A DNA stretch of 64,000 bases from Octopus sinensis (lineage: Eukaryota), in the NCBI RefSeq assembly GCF_006345805.1, contig NC_042998.1, forward strand, positions 123,876,001 to 123,940,000. Direction: 5' to 3'. Within the stretch, counting starts at the first letter, position 1; every line of letters begins with the position of its first letter. The notes beneath the pieces are model-generated. The model saw only the letters and a program-made list of their open reading frames with translations, was not told the origin of the DNA and made no database searches. This document shows positions 1 to 13,539 of this stretch, piece by piece. A program made the position numbers and the translations under genes.

Positions 1-1020
1 TAATCTTGATAGAAAAATACGAACATTGTTGACAATGCATAGAACGCACCACTCTAAGGCAGATATACAACGACTTTACCTGTCAAGAAAAGAGGATGAC
101 CGTGGACTTTTAGAACTGGAATTAACAATGAAGATTGCCGCAATTGGTGTGGATACCTACCTGAAAAATATCCAATGACTGGATATTAAAACTTGTCTGA
201 AAGCATGAAAACAATAAAGCATCATACTCAGTAACAAAACATGCAAAGGAATATCTAAGTGAATTCCAAATACAAACAATTCCAGGATTAGACGAATTAT
301 AATCAAGCACAGAAAAAGCTAAGCTTATGAAAACCCATGGTAAAACTACTGCCTTAGATATTCTTACTGATAAATGACAAGAAAAACCTCTCAATGGCAA
401 ATACCCAAACAGAGGTAATAGTGCTGATGCTGACAAAGCCCTTACCCATCATCGGTTAGTGTCTTCAGGCTTAAAATCAGAAACAGAAGGGCATATCATA
501 ACAGTCCAAGATCAATGTAAACCTACATGGAACTACCAGGCCAGTATATTAAAGAACGGCAGTAGCCCAACATGTCGGGTATGTCAGCAACAAAATTAAA
601 CCATTGATTATGTTGTCTCCATGTGCCGTTTTCTTGCGCCTACAGAGTACCTCAACAGGCATGATAGAGCCCACAATATATTTACTTGGTAATTTGCAAA
701 AACCTGGACCTGCCCCATGATAAAAACTGGTGGGAACACAAACCACATCCAGTGCTTCAAAATAATCACATCTCACTCCTCTGGAACTTCACCATTCCAA
801 CTGACAGAAAGATAGATGTAAATAGGCCATACGTTATATTGAATGACTCCAGGTAAAATCATTCCTCCTCATTGATATGACTGCCCCAATCGATATATAT
901 GTATCTGTCAAGACCTACCAAAAACTGAGCAAGTATAAAGATCTTGAAATAGAAATTGGTAAAATGTGGAACCTCAAGACTAAAACAATACCTATTGTCA
1001 TACGTGCCCTAAGAATGATG
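1..1020 (+). mobile_element. 3' part of an R4/Dong-like non-LTR retrotransposon (RLE endonuclease), degenerate
   Basis: Frame 2 reads NLDRKIRTLLTMHRTHHSKADIQRLYLSRKEDDRGL (RT thumb of R2/R4-type elements). Around 570-670: CRVCQQQN*TIDYVVSMC...EYLNRHDR (decayed CCHC finger). Around 780-1020: LLWNFTIPTDRKIDVNRP...LIDMTAP...KLSKYKDLEIEIGKMWNLKTKTIPIVI (PD-(D/E)xK-type RLE). Stops and frameshifts present. Confidence 0.8.
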
Positions 1021-2200
1021 TAAAATTTTTAGATATTGACTTAGATGTGGAATGAGATAAATTTAAACCCTGCCATAAGCCTAATGAAAAACTATATCAT
1101 ATTAAAAAAGAGCTAAATCATCAACCCGTTGTACTCAAGAATTTTGTTAGTAATATAGGAAGGCGCATATCATACGTATCCTCAGATGTGATAGCGTTTC
1201 AAAATTCCGCGCCGCATTATAACAATACGTTAAGGATTCTCGGAGAAGATCCAGTATAGTCAAAGCACTACTAGCAATAATAGAACTTGTAGAACTAAAG
1301 CTAGACAAGTTTTATGGTTTAATCCAGAATTTAACTTTGCAGTAAAAACTAATATAGGTAGAGAATTCTTGAAACTAATTTCTAGGTTCTTCGAAAAAAA
1401 AAACATTAAGTTCTAAAAAAAATTTAAATAAAAGAGCGCTTAAGATTAGCTATTCTTGTTGCAAGAGCTTTGCCTCTTTAATCAAACACCACTACACGAA
1501 AACTACTAGAAGCAACCACAGTGTCGAAAATAAACAGAAAAATTGAAATTGTAAAGGTCAAGGAAGCTGTCCGTTAGGAGGAATTTGTGTAGAGAAAGGA
1601 ATTGTTTATAGAGCTATACAAGAATACAAAACATATGCAGGAGCTTCGGAAAATTCCTTTCAGACTAGATTATATTTCCATCGAAATTCATTTCGATACC
1701 CCGAAAATAGGATAGCAATGAGTCTTGGCAAATATGTCTGTCATTTAAAAGAAAATGATACCTGTCCTTTCAATACCAGCTGGACGATCTTGGAAAAAAC
1801 TGCACATGGAAAATATAGACGCCCTATGAGGTGCAATTTGTGTCTGAGTGAAAATGTCTTCATCCTGTTCCAGGCTAAATGTGTATTGAACCAAAGACAG
1901 GAGCTTATGAATTCCTGCAGACATGCTACGAGATATACAATGTCGAGTGGTAAAATACGATAAGGATAATATTTGACTTTCGCATGTAGGACTAACTTTC
2001 TCATTATAAATGTGCTGAAAATTCCACACAGCCTTGGCTTTACTGTCTCATTTATTTCATCGTTAATTAACTTATTCTGGGTATATATATTTTTCCTTCT
2101 AACTACAGTTATTTTTGAAATTTTGATCATTGATTTAAGGTTTTCTTCGGTTTTACATAATATGATTTTTAAACCTATAATCAATGATTAGAAGAAACTG
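1021..2200 (+). mobile_element. Penelope-like element, RT thumb plus GIY-YIG endonuclease and 3' end, degenerate
   Basis: NFLDIDLDVE*DKFKPCHKPN...NHQPVVLKNFVSNIGRRIS; QVLWFNPEFNFAVKTNIGREFLKLI; ISYSC; SLGKYVCHLKE...WTILEK...RCNLCLSENVFIL...LNQRQELMNSCRH (ORF 1718-1963), typical of the PLE C-terminus. Confidence 0.8.
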
Positions 2201-2679
2201 TTAGTTGAAAGGTCCAATGAAAATCCTCTGGGATCGCTTCACTTTACACTATGCAGTGCTTTCTTTTATATTCAATTTTAGAGAAACTAGTAATCTTGTT
2301 GTCAGAATTTTGGTACGATAGGATGTAACCTCTGATCCATTTTTAGAATAATAAGGACAATATAGGTCCTATTGACAAAATAATAAGGGTAGTGGGATAC
2401 ATGCAACGTTCTTTCTAGAACTGAATTCAGACAAAATTTTAGAATTAAATGCAATGAACTTCTTGCAACTAACTGTTGAAGTCAATCTACAAGTGATATA
2501 CACAAGTGTTAATATCTGTACACCCACCACCTACATCCCCTATCCATATGTATACTTATTTATATATATATACTCATCAGCATCAAAAATATTCAGAATT
2601 GAATATTTATATAGATATTATTATTGTTATAATTATCGAAGTCAATACAAATATTTCCTTCTCGAGTCATGCCAGTCTC

Positions 2680-2899
2680 ATAAGAGCCGTTTCCCGGTTT
2701 TAGCAGAGTATAAATTCCCCACCTGGACGGGACACCAGTCCGTCGTGGGATTATCTATTTTTACAAGATGAGTGGACTGGAGCAACGTGAAATGATGTAT
2801 TTTGCTCAAGAACGCAACGCACCTCCCGGTCGAGGAATCGAAACCACAATCTTACGATCATGAGTCCAACACCCTAACCAGTAAGTCACGTGCCTCCAC
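2680..2899 (-). mobile_element. tRNA-derived SINE with CORE-like domain
   Basis: Minus strand starts GTGGAGGCACGTGACTTACTGGTTAGGG (A-box-like) ... GGTTTCGATTCC (B-box-like), then TTCTTGAGCAAAATACATCATTTCACGTTGCTCCAGTCCACTCA, shared with 13540-13705 and 29396-29655. Confidence 0.75.
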
Positions 2900-4809
2900 A
2901 ATAGTCCACAACAACAACAGTATTAATATAGGTGGTTGCAGACCTAAATCAGTGTTATGTATTGCTATAGAATTAAAATTATATTAATAAAAAGACACAT
3001 GAAATTGTCTACCCGCTAGAAATAAGAGTTAAAACCCTTATTTGGACCAAAATTACACTGAAAATAGCAGTTACAACAGTATACGGGCGAGCTAACGGAA
3101 AAAAAGATCACTCACATACCATTATAGCATAAAGTTATATATTCAATGGAACCGGTATATATGTTGACCGGTTTCTGGATTGACACAAAGTTCTTAACTT
3201 TCTCAGCACATCTTAATCCTTAGAAACGTTCTTCCAGTCCGCCACGTTGAAATCTGTGGACAGCTGAATAAAATCAATAAACTCATTTGCCGAAAGCACT
3301 ATATTAGGATGCATATAACTAAGCCGTAAGAACAGAACAACTAGTATTTTTTACCAACTCCACCTCGTGCGCCTCCAGTTTTTGCCATCACAAGATATTT
3401 AGAAATGAAGAAATACTGACTAGGCAGCTGCAACCTTTCACATGCACTCTATGATCAATGATATCTTATTATACTGTGCTATTCACAGACAAATGAGTCA
3501 ATTGTGAACTGGAACATAAGATTTGATACTGTGTTAGGATGCTCGATAAGATATACATAAATTTTCAGAAGAAAGCAGCGTCTTATATAGTCAGTTTTAT
3601 ATCGTACAGAACATTTTTTACTTGCTAAGATACATTTCTAATCCCGTGAAAAAATTATTTTGAAATATTTATATTTACAAAGAAAGAGTACCTCCCATAA
3701 TTCACATAGCTCTTATTCCTTCATCTCACATGTGAAAATTACATATCAAAGACATCGAAATCATCATATACGTTCTCTGAAAGAGAAACCAGCTTTAAAT
3801 GAGAACGTCTGTGCGAGGACAGGTCTATTTCACTAACGTTCTCAGTAACACGATAACTAAATAAATTAAGTCGAAAAACACGAAAGGAGAGGCATCTGCT
3901 TAACTTTAAGATAGTCACGATAAGCAACAATCCTCTTCTCTTTTAAGTTCTGTTTAATTTTCAAACTTAAATTTTCTTAAGTGAATGCAAAAATAAACAA
4001 ACCAAAATGTTCAATACCATTAGTTTAAAAGTAATTTCGATACTGTTTATTTATATATTTTTTATAAATTTGGTGCTCTTAGTCATGGAATGCAATTTTT
4101 TTCTCGTTATTTCCTTCTTTTATCAATCAAGTTAATATGAAACAGGAATATACTCCCTCTGATGTTCACTCCCAATTTTTCTTTATTTCTGATTTATATA
4201 TTTTTTGACAACAAGAATGGCATTCAATTTTGTTTCAAACATTACGTGCATGCTTAATGAATGATGAAGGCGTGAAGAAAACATCTGATGAAAATGTGCT
4301 TGTTAATGTTTTCTAGCGGCAACTATTACATCTAGTGACTTGATTAATTTTCAGGATTTCAGACAAAACAACCGGCCATATTCCAAATTTACTAATATGT
4401 TTAATAAGATAGTAATACAATATGCATGCAAAACTTTATGCAACTGTTTTAAAATGAAATATTTTAATATATGTACTACCTCTACCATTATCTCTAATTG
4501 CGTCAGGTTATCTGATCACTACCGCGACAAGTTAACGCACCTGAAACATTTCTTCTACGCTACAATACTAAAACAAACTGAGTACAGAAAACTTGAAAAC
4601 GATCAAAATCTTTTTAGTACCTTCATCAGGGAATTAATGCCCAATTTACGTCTAGGGAGAGATTGGCAGCATTTAGCTACGTATAACCGTGTTTAGTTAA
4701 AGTGACCCCATTAAATAGCTTTTGAATAATTTAAAATAAAATATAAGGTGAACCTCTGTTGATGAAACAAAATAGAAAATTTTATGGGTGCACCAAGATC
4801 TAGCACTCA

Positions 4810-4951
4810 GTGGACAGAATTGTTAGCACACCGAACAAAATGTTTAGCAGCAATCCGTTCATCTTTACGTTCCGAGTTCGAACTGCACCTAGCTCGATTT
4901 TGTTTTTCATCCTTTTAGGGTCGATAAAATAAGTAACAAGTAGAGCACTGG
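4810..4951 (+). mobile_element. Degenerate copy of abundant SINE family (GGCAGAATCGTTAGC...GGGTCGATAAATTAAGTACC type)
   Basis: Colinear similarity to better preserved copies at 6312-6701, 17087-17175 and 49872-50077. Confidence 0.65.
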
Positions 4952-5106
4952 CTTTGTGCCTAAATTTAAAGCTTATGTAAATTCTTAGTAATGTTAGCTT
5001 CATTAGATCAAATTTGATAAACCATTGTTACTGTTTATTACTGTTAAATTCCAAATTCAGTCCTGATTGGGCCCATTAACTGCTGTCAAGCGGTGACAAA
5101 CCACTA

Positions 5107-5141
<35 letters not shown>

Positions 5142-6311
5142 CAAAAAGATATTTTATACCACATGGGTAGAAATATAGGAAAAATAAAAGTTGAAAATGC
5201 ACTGAGAATAGTTAGAATATTTTTTATTAAAATATTTGAAGCTTTAACCGGTTTCACAGTTTACACGGATTTTCAAAGAGTTTGAAATGGAAAGATGTGG
5301 CTAATGTCGCAGCTGTGTTCATGGCTCAAATTAGTATATGTTTTGAATATGATTTGATTCATTGAGGATAGTCACATGACTGGTCTTAGACATTTTTGTA
5401 AGGCTCCCCGCTACATCTGTGTGTTAGTATCAAGTAACAATATTTGGCGTCGTAACGTGAGGCTGACACGGTTCACTGAACAAATCCAAACAATCTGTAC
5501 TCTGAATGTTTTCTGGCAAGTAATTGTAGAGAATGAACACATGATTAAGTTTATAACCTTTTGTACGTTTCTATTTTGCGCTTAAAAAAGAGGTCCGGCA
5601 CGATTTAATCTGTCTGGTGGGAAAGTGAACAGGAGTCGTTTGTATGTATTCCAATGGTTAAAATCTAGGTTGTCAGTTGTATAGCTTCCTCATGATAAGT
5701 GCTAGAATTAACTTTGTGTGTGAATATTTATTGGTTTATGTACCTTGCTAAAGTTTGTTAAGCCTTGGTTTGTACGTTTGTTTGAAAGTATATTCTTTGT
5801 CCGTGCTTCATCTGTAGTGTTCGCTGAACAAAAGTAGAGTGGGGAGACCTGAATTTTAGGAGATTATATTTTTACACTTATGTCTATGTCACCATTCAGT
5901 GGGATCTGTCTAGTACTGGGGTCTCGTATTTGTTGTAGGTGAATGGTCAGTCTATTTCTTAGAGTAAGCTTTGTCTGACCTATGTAATCTTCATTACATC
6001 CTTGACATTTGATAGCTTATATTACATTCCTTGAAGAACATGCAAATTCATTTTTTACGGTAAAGGTCTGTCCTGGTTTGAATTTGTATGTCGTGACTTC
6101 AATAAGTTTTATGCAGGTCCCGTAGTTGGAGAGACCATATCTTTTGACTGCTGGGGTAGGAATGGTGGAAGGTAATTTAGCACTAGTGAGTAATTTTTTG
6201 CGGGACTATGACTGTCTTTTACTTTTAGTTATATTGTGGATTTCGAATGCTTTTTTCATTCTTGGGATTTGTGTTAGTAGTGGGTTGCACTGGTTATTAA
6301 TATTATTTTCT

Positions 6312-6515
6312 ACTCTAGCGATAAGGCTCCACATTTGGGGGGAGGGACCAGTCGATTTGATCGACCCCAGTACGTAACTGGTACTTAATTTATCGACCCC
6401 AAAAGAACGAAAGGCAAAGTCGGCCTCGGCAGAATTTGAACTCAGAACGTAAAGCCAGACGAAATAACGAAAAGCATTTATCCCGACATACTAACGTTTC
6501 TGCCAGCTCGCCGCC
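6312..6515 (-). mobile_element. SINE copy 1 of tandem pair
   Basis: ATCGACCCCAGTACGTAACTGGTACTTAATTTATCGACCCC...GAATTTGAACTCAGAACGTA...TTTCTGCCAGCTCGCCGCC, same family as 49872-50077. Confidence 0.85.
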
Positions 6516-6518
6516 TTA

Positions 6519-6701
6519 ATTTTGGGGGAGAAGGATGGTCGATTTCACCGACTCCAGTACGTAATTGGTACTTATTTCATCGACCCCGAAAGGACGAAAA
6601 GCAAAGTCGACTAGAGGGAATTTGAAGTAAACATTTAGCGACGGGCGAAATACCGCTAAGCATTTCGTCCAGCGTGCTAACGATTCTGCCAGCTCACCGC
6701 C
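6519..6701 (-). mobile_element. SINE copy 2 of tandem pair
   Basis: Second diverged copy directly adjacent, ending GATTCTGCCAGCTCACCGCC. Confidence 0.85.
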
Positions 6702-7491
6702 TTGTTCTGGTGAATAATATTGTAAACCTATATGTTTCTTGGGTTCTGTGTTGTAATAAAGGGTAGATTATTGGACGCATCCGGAGCGTTTTTCGTAGTT
6801 TATCGATATTTATTGCTTTTGCCCTTTCTATTCCGATGTCTATTAGTATTAATGGGTTTGTCATTTAAGTAGTACCTGTTTTAGATCCTGAAGTATTTTA
6901 TTGTGATTTTCAGGATTTGAGATAATTGTGCAGATTCTTCTTGCTAGAATGAAGGGGATACTATACTTCGTATGTTTTGGTTGGCATAAGGAAAATAGTA
7001 AGTATTGTTTAGAATATGTTTCAATGAATTTATCTCGTTTAATAGTTATTATATCGAGGAATAGTACTTAGGTTTTACTGTACTGCATGGTAAAGTTAAT
7101 AGTGTTGTTTATGCTGTTGATTACATTTTTGAAATCTATACGTTGTTCAAATGTGTACGTCTACAGGATTAGGCAATCATCTGAGGAACGTTTCCAGTTT
7201 TCTAAGATATTTTTAGAAGTTAAAGCCATATGTTACATTAGATTGTTCAAATATCTGGACCTCCATGTCTGCTACTACTAGATTGGCGTACGTCGGGGAA
7301 ACTTTTGTCGCCATCGCAATCCCAGATATTTGTTTGCGGATATTGCCATCGAAGTAAAAAAAAAGTTGTTTGCAAGTATAAACTTTAAGCCTTCAGTGAT
7401 AAAACTCTTTTCAACTGTGTCCGGAATTTCATGAAGGAATTTCTCAAGCCAGAAATGTATTGCCACAAGTTCATATTGGTGTGAGATTGTG

Positions 7492-7521
7492 GTATATATA
7501 TACATGCATATATACATACAT

Positions 7522-7618
<97 letters not shown>

Positions 7619-7718
7619 TGTATGTATGTATGTATGTGTGTATGTATGTGTGTATGTATGTATGTATGTATGTATGTATGTGTGTGTGTGTATGTATGTA
7701 TATGTATACGTGTGTGTG
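7492..7718. repeat. Compound microsatellite (TA)n/(TATG)n/(TG)n
   Basis: Seen directly. Confidence 0.95.
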
Positions 7719-8107
7719 TGAGGTGCAATGGCTCAGTGGTTAGGGCAGCAGACTCGCGGTCGTAGGATCGTGGTTTTGATTCCCAGCGCGTCCGTTGTGA
7801 GTGTTTATTGAGCGAAAATTCTTAAAGATCCACGAGGCTCCGGCAGGGGCTGGTGGCGAACGTTACTGTACTCTCACACTACAACTTTCTCTCACTCTTT
7901 CTTCCCGTTTCTGTTCTACCTGTATTTCGAAGAGCCATCCTTGTCACACTCTGTGCCACGCTAAAATCTCTCCGTGAACTACGTTAAGACTATACGTGTC
8001 TGTGCAGTGCTCAGCCTCATGCATGTTAATTTCACGAGCAGGCTGTTCCGTTGACCAGATCAACTGGAACCCTCGTCGTCGTAACCGACGGAGTGCCATG
8101 ATGATGA

Positions 8108-8110
<3 letters not shown>
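7719..8110 (+). mobile_element. Full-length tRNA-derived SINE with (ATG)n tail
   Basis: A-box TGGCTCAGTGG, B-box-like GGTTTTGATTCC, body, 3' end GTCGTAACCGACGGAGTGCC followed by ATGATGATG. Confidence 0.8.
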
Positions 8111-8165
<55 letters not shown>

Positions 8166-8364
8166 ATGTATGTATGTATGTGTATGTATGTTCATACGTG
8201 TGTGTGTTTGTGTCTGTTCATGTATGTGTATATGTAATTATATGAATGTATTCATACACACACACACGCCAAAGCATACACAGATGACACACAAAATCGT
8301 GTATTTAGTTACGGGACCTTCTAAATGTTAGCTTTTGTATATATATATATATATATATATACAC

Positions 8365-9870
8365 AGACAAGTTATTGCGGCATTGCCCGTGTGTTAAGAC
8401 CTAGAGCCACATTGTATTATTTCTTTCTTTCTTATGAGCAGAATCGTCACTCGTTGTGTATGAAGCAAACAACTCTTCTTTATAAACCTGTTTTTCGGTC
8501 ATTTTGTGATGAACAATGCTTAAATTCTTGACAAGAAGAACATGTAGAATGGCAGCTTAGATCAGCATGAAATCATAACATTGCTCCGAAAATGACCAAA
8601 ACTTACGGGTTTAAAGATTTGGATAACGTATAAAGACGTAGAGGTATCCGTATTGCAGCAAGTAAGGTACATGGAAAGAAAGCTGCTTTATTGTGAAAAG
8701 CATCATCGCTAATGTTTGGGCAGACTGCACACTTCAACACATGTTAGATGAATCCGACAATACTTCTGGGTAAACTATGTTTTGCGTAAGTCAAGTGTTG
8801 ATACAATAAATATAAAAATCATCCGCACTGCTTACTTGAGAGCATGCGACATATAGTTGTCCATGAGAAAAGTAGGGTATTTGTAAATTGAGACCCACAG
8901 TTTTTAAAGTTTGACCCTGGGCTTTGTTGATTGTCATAACGAAGCACAATCGCACTGGGAACTGGAGGCGCTTGAACTGAAATGACACATTTGACGGAAT
9001 AAGGAGCATGCGTGAAATGTATTGCCATTGTAGTTACAGTCAATGTTGTACATTTGCATAGTCATAGTGGGTGGAAATTCCTCAAGAGCATGATAGGTGT
9101 ACCTTTCTTTGGGAACAACTAATGCGGTGGCAGTCCTCTGGATTGTAGAGAATTGCGAAATTCAACAAGATGCTCAACAGTGGAATGTTCGTCGATGGTA
9201 GTATCAATGTAGACAGACGTTGAAGCATCTCCAGGTAGAATGTGGAGGAGTTCATGGATTTCTTTATCAATGCTTTCATTACATTTCATTTGAAGTTGTC
9301 TTGCAATGTGGGAAATACCTTTTCTTTAAGCTCGGTCAATGTGGACACCATGCGCCTACATTGTAGTACTTACTGTTGCAAGGTATTATTCAACAGTAAG
9401 GCGCCATTTCTAATTTTCAGAACTTGATGAAAGAATTCCTCAGCTAAGGAGTCATTGCAGAGATGAGCTCGCATATTGCTGCTTAATGAAATCTGACGAA
9501 CAAACCTTCACAGAGATGAAAACTCTGGTATGACTGGTAATATTTGGCGGAAATCCCCTGCGAGGACAACATTTAGCCCCCACCCTAACGGCCGTATTGT
9601 TTCTATCTGGGGTTTCTAGTAAACCACGGTGTGCCATCGTGCATTCATCCCAGACAGTATGTGTAGTTTAGAGAACCTCTGCCATTGGTGATCGTTTTGA
9701 AATATTACACATTTGGGCATCGCTGAAGTGAGTTATATTGAGCACGAATTTGAAGCAGTCTTCTTTGCGGTTCTTGCTTGTGGAGATAAATGAGAATGTC
9801 TTCGTTTTGGTGGCATGGCTGAAAAGAGCGAACGATTGAGGAACATTTAAGATGGAAGACATAGCAATTT
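8365..9870 (-). mobile_element. Helitron 3' remnant: PIF1-type helicase pseudogene and probable 3' terminus
   Basis: FKRLQFPVRLCFVMTINKAQGQTL...FSHGQLYVACS (ORF 8791-9009); TQNIVYPEV near 8765-8790; WDECTMAHRG near 9640-9660; CNISKRSPMAEVL (ORF 9668-9862). Possible decayed 3' end ACAAGTTATTGCGGCATTGCCCG near 8366-8388. Confidence 0.85.
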
Positions 9871-10480
9871 GAAGCTGTGCATTGCATAATTTGATTTTTT
9901 AGTAATGAATGAAAAGATGTGGAAAAATCCATATGCCAAATTGTATACTGTTATTATGAGAAGCGGTAAAGTATGAATGATTTAGCTATGTTCTGTCTTG
10001 ATAAGCATAATGCATTCTGTTAGCTGATATATAGTGGAATGGATTATTGGCGTAATGGAAGTTATTGTTTGTCCAGAACTGAAGTGGGGGAACAATTTGC
10101 ATGAAAATGAGATAATCTTTCAGTATACTGTGTTTAAAAATATAAATAAAATTAAAGGGGAAATAACAACTAGAACATACATAGGGTATGAATCATCAGC
10201 GTCTGTCTCTTACCCTATCCGTCTTTCAACTTTTCCTATAGAAATTTGCTTTCTGTCTCTGTTTCTTTCTTTCGTCTCTCAGCCTTTTTCTCATTCTGCG
10301 TTTCACTCGTTCACTTCGTAAAAATTAATTTCTTTATGCTTTCAAGAGAGCAGAAATTGAAAGAAAAGAGAAAGCGAAAAGGGGAGAGAGGGTAGAAAGT
10401 GAAGGATACGAGAAAGTGAAAGATGTATGTGTAAATGAAATGGACATATGCGTGTGTATCTGTGAGTGTGCGAGAGAGAC

Positions 10481-10518
<38 letters not shown>

Positions 10519-10815
10519 TGTGTGTGAATGTTTGTGTGGTGCTGATGGATAGGTACACACTCATGTAGAAAATGTGACCTCATCGTTGTTGTGGTCGTAT
10601 AAAATTTTAAAATGTTTGTAATGCAAATATGTTAATGAAACTAAAATTACGTTGGTAGCCTATATAGAACTGAATCATTTCATACCCCATACGTCGAACT
10701 CCGCAACTCGGATTCGGAATGAATAAGGAACATACGCATACACACACACACACACACAACACACACACACACACACACACACATACACATTCTCTTTTAT
10801 ATATGTATATACATA

Positions 10816-11030
10816 TTCTTTTACTTGTTTCAGCTATTCCACTGGGAGCATGCTGGAGCACCACCTTTAGTGGAACAAATCGACCCAAGACCTATTCTTT
10901 GTAAGCCTAGTACTTATTCTTTCGGTTTCGTTTGCCGAAGCGCTAAGTTACGGGAACGTACACACACCTACATCAGCTGTCAAAGGACGGTGGAGGACAA
11001 ACACAGACACAAATACATACATAGACATTC
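10816..11030 (-). mobile_element. 3' half of tRNA-derived SINE (microsatellite-containing family)
   Basis: Reverse complement of 19450-19668 (GCATGGCCGCAG...TGACTGAAACAAGTAAAAGA tail). Confidence 0.8.
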
Positions 11031-11035
11031 ATATA

Positions 11036-11129
<94 letters not shown>

Positions 11130-13539
11130 GTGTGTGTGTGTGTATTCCGAAATAGTCATCTCTTTCTTGCAAATAACCACAGGCACTATATACTCGTTCT
11201 TCATTTCTCCTTTATTACTATTCTTATTTTAATGTCTGTATCTGATATCTTTCGTTACACATCTTAAGACCTCCTCACCAACTCTCCATCTCACCTGCTC
11301 CTCCTGTCCAGTTTAATCTGGACTAAACAGGATTAAACTGTGTCCGTGTGTATGTATGTGTACGTGAATGTGTGTGTATGGGTGTTTTTCTCTATGTGTG
11401 AGTGTGTATGTATGTGCATGTGTGTTTGTGTGTGGTGTGTGTGTATTACGAGTATAGCTGTTAAATTCACGCTATGAAATGTAAATTAATTTGCTTTTAA
11501 AATAATTGTTATTTCACGGTTTAGGAAGTAATTTTCTATTCTCATATGAATATAAGTAATTTTGTGGCTAAGCTATAAAATAATACACTGAATTCTCATA
11601 AACGTGCGAAATTTATGAATATATGCCTAACTTTCTTTACAATGACGAAGACGTAAAGAGATCCAGCCGTATTTTAGAAATCCTATACAAAACTAGTACT
11701 TTGGACAATACAGATTTTCATTTGACACCAACTAAAAATATGTCATAGAAAAATTTACCTATCAAAATGTTGGCATTGTTTTAATCATAATATGTATACG
11801 CCAATGATACATCTACATCAATGCAAGACTAAAACTTTGTATGCATATATTCTAAAGCCTCGCTACATTTTGAAGGACAGTATATAAAAACAATATATTT
11901 GAAGTGCTAAAAGTAAGATTTAGATATTTGAATTAGATATTTTCACTCTATGCTTTGATGCAAGTAAGGCATGCCATTTCTCTTACATCTTTAATATAAA
12001 TCTTCCCAGTTTCGCAGTTATGGTTCTGTTGCTAAAGGAACAAAAATATATTAGTTTATACAGTAGCATCCACGCTAAGCAGTGAAGAGGAATAACGAAA
12101 ATTTATGCTACTTAAAATATAGTTGTAACATATTTTAAATTCTATAGGCCAATTCACTACAGCTTCTCTGGAGAGGAAAATTCTCTCTTACAGGAATAGG
12201 TGAAAAACGTATCCACTGTGTTCCTCTAGAAGACTCCCAGACACTCCTCAACATTGTTCATTAGGCGATACTGACGAGAAACTATATTTCCTCCTTTACT
12301 GGTTTTCGTCATTGAATTTTCGACCATGTTCGACACCGACATCGGATGTTATAACGACTATTACCATTTAATTCAATCTAGTAATTCTTTTATAGAAGTT
12401 TATTTCACGAATGGTTAGCTTTGTTGTGAAGAGAACACACGACCATATAGAAGAATAATGTGCATATACAAACATGGTCACACACGCACACACATACACA
12501 CTCGCTCACATACACGCACACACGTACTCTCGCACATAATCACCACACGCAAACACATCATGCTCACAGACGCGCATACATACCTTTATTTGCATAAGAT
12601 ATTTCCCTTTCGTGTTAAATAAAATTTCTCAAATATGTTTTTTTATGAATACCTAAGATCTCAGGGTTGTTTCCTGCTTGTCTTTCTCACATTGTTTCTA
12701 ATCATAATAAGTTTAAGAGAAAAAAATGTGATCACTGAACCCTAAAACTCACAAAATAAGAGAGGTATCTCATATGTTATACAATTGTTATAGATGTTCT
12801 TTATCCTAAAATATACGTTTCTGAGTCCTGATAATACCAACTGAATTTTTGCGACAGCAATATACTTTTACTATAGTATTTCAAGTTAACTTCTCGATAT
12901 ACTTTTCATAAAATTTATGTTTGACACTCTATCCAGGAGGAACAATAAAGCTATAAAGTTATATTGCAGATGCTTATTGCTACCTTTCTGTTGGAATATA
13001 CACAAATATAGCAGTTCACTGTTAATTAATTTAAGTTTTCTTTAATGGTTATGAAGAACTAGCATCAGTGAGTATTTTAGTCTATGACATTGATCCCAAT
13101 ACTTTTTCAGCCTGGAATTCACATCCTTTCAGTTCATATATTGACGAATTTACTCTTTGAATACAAAAGCGGCACTCGACGAATGATTTGTATCGGCATC
13201 GAAACACACATATATCTGTATGCAGATATACATAAAATAACACACATACAAACACACACACATACGCACGCACAAACACAAACACAAATGCACACTTACA
13301 CGTACAAACACGCATACACACACAGAAAGAATCCTCAGAAAAACACGCGCACAAAATAACGCAATCAACAGGTAAATAAATTCACTAATAATTTAGTATA
13401 ATACATAATATAATACCTAATATCTATCTATCTATCTCTATATTGTTTGCGTATGTATGTATGTATGTATGTATGGGTGATGGTAGTCTCTCGTAGTCCC
13501 GAAAAAGATGACTCTGCAATTTCTTGCAGGAATAACCTT

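Larger units (their letters stand above)
5750..7490 (-). mobile_element. Penelope-like element (RT core to GIY-YIG), degenerate, interrupted by two SINEs
   Basis: Minus-strand translation: YTTISHQYELVAIHFWLEKF...LKFILANN; AMATKVSPTYANLVV; WKRSSDDCLIL (RT catalytic motif); VLFLDI; SIPFILARRICTI; NVI*AIKCQGCNEDYIGQTKLTLRNRLTIH (GIY-YIG). Confidence 0.85.

Noticed and set aside
122-776. Minus-strand ORFs 122-436 and 549-776
   Set aside because: Antisense shadows of the plus-strand R4/Dong-like coding remnant.
7719-7790. tRNA gene calls for A/B-box sequences here and at 2830-2899, 13640-13705 and 17178-19330
   Set aside because: No complete cloverleaf, and each continues into a SINE body.
10190-10440. 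Pyrimidine-rich then purine-rich tract suggesting an inverted repeat or triplex
   Set aside because: Low complexity only; no colinear complementarity.
12270-12312. CTGACGAGAAAC...GTTTTCGTCA hairpin
   Set aside because: Simple short inverted repeat; the CTGACGA is sequestered in the stem and there is no ribozyme topology.
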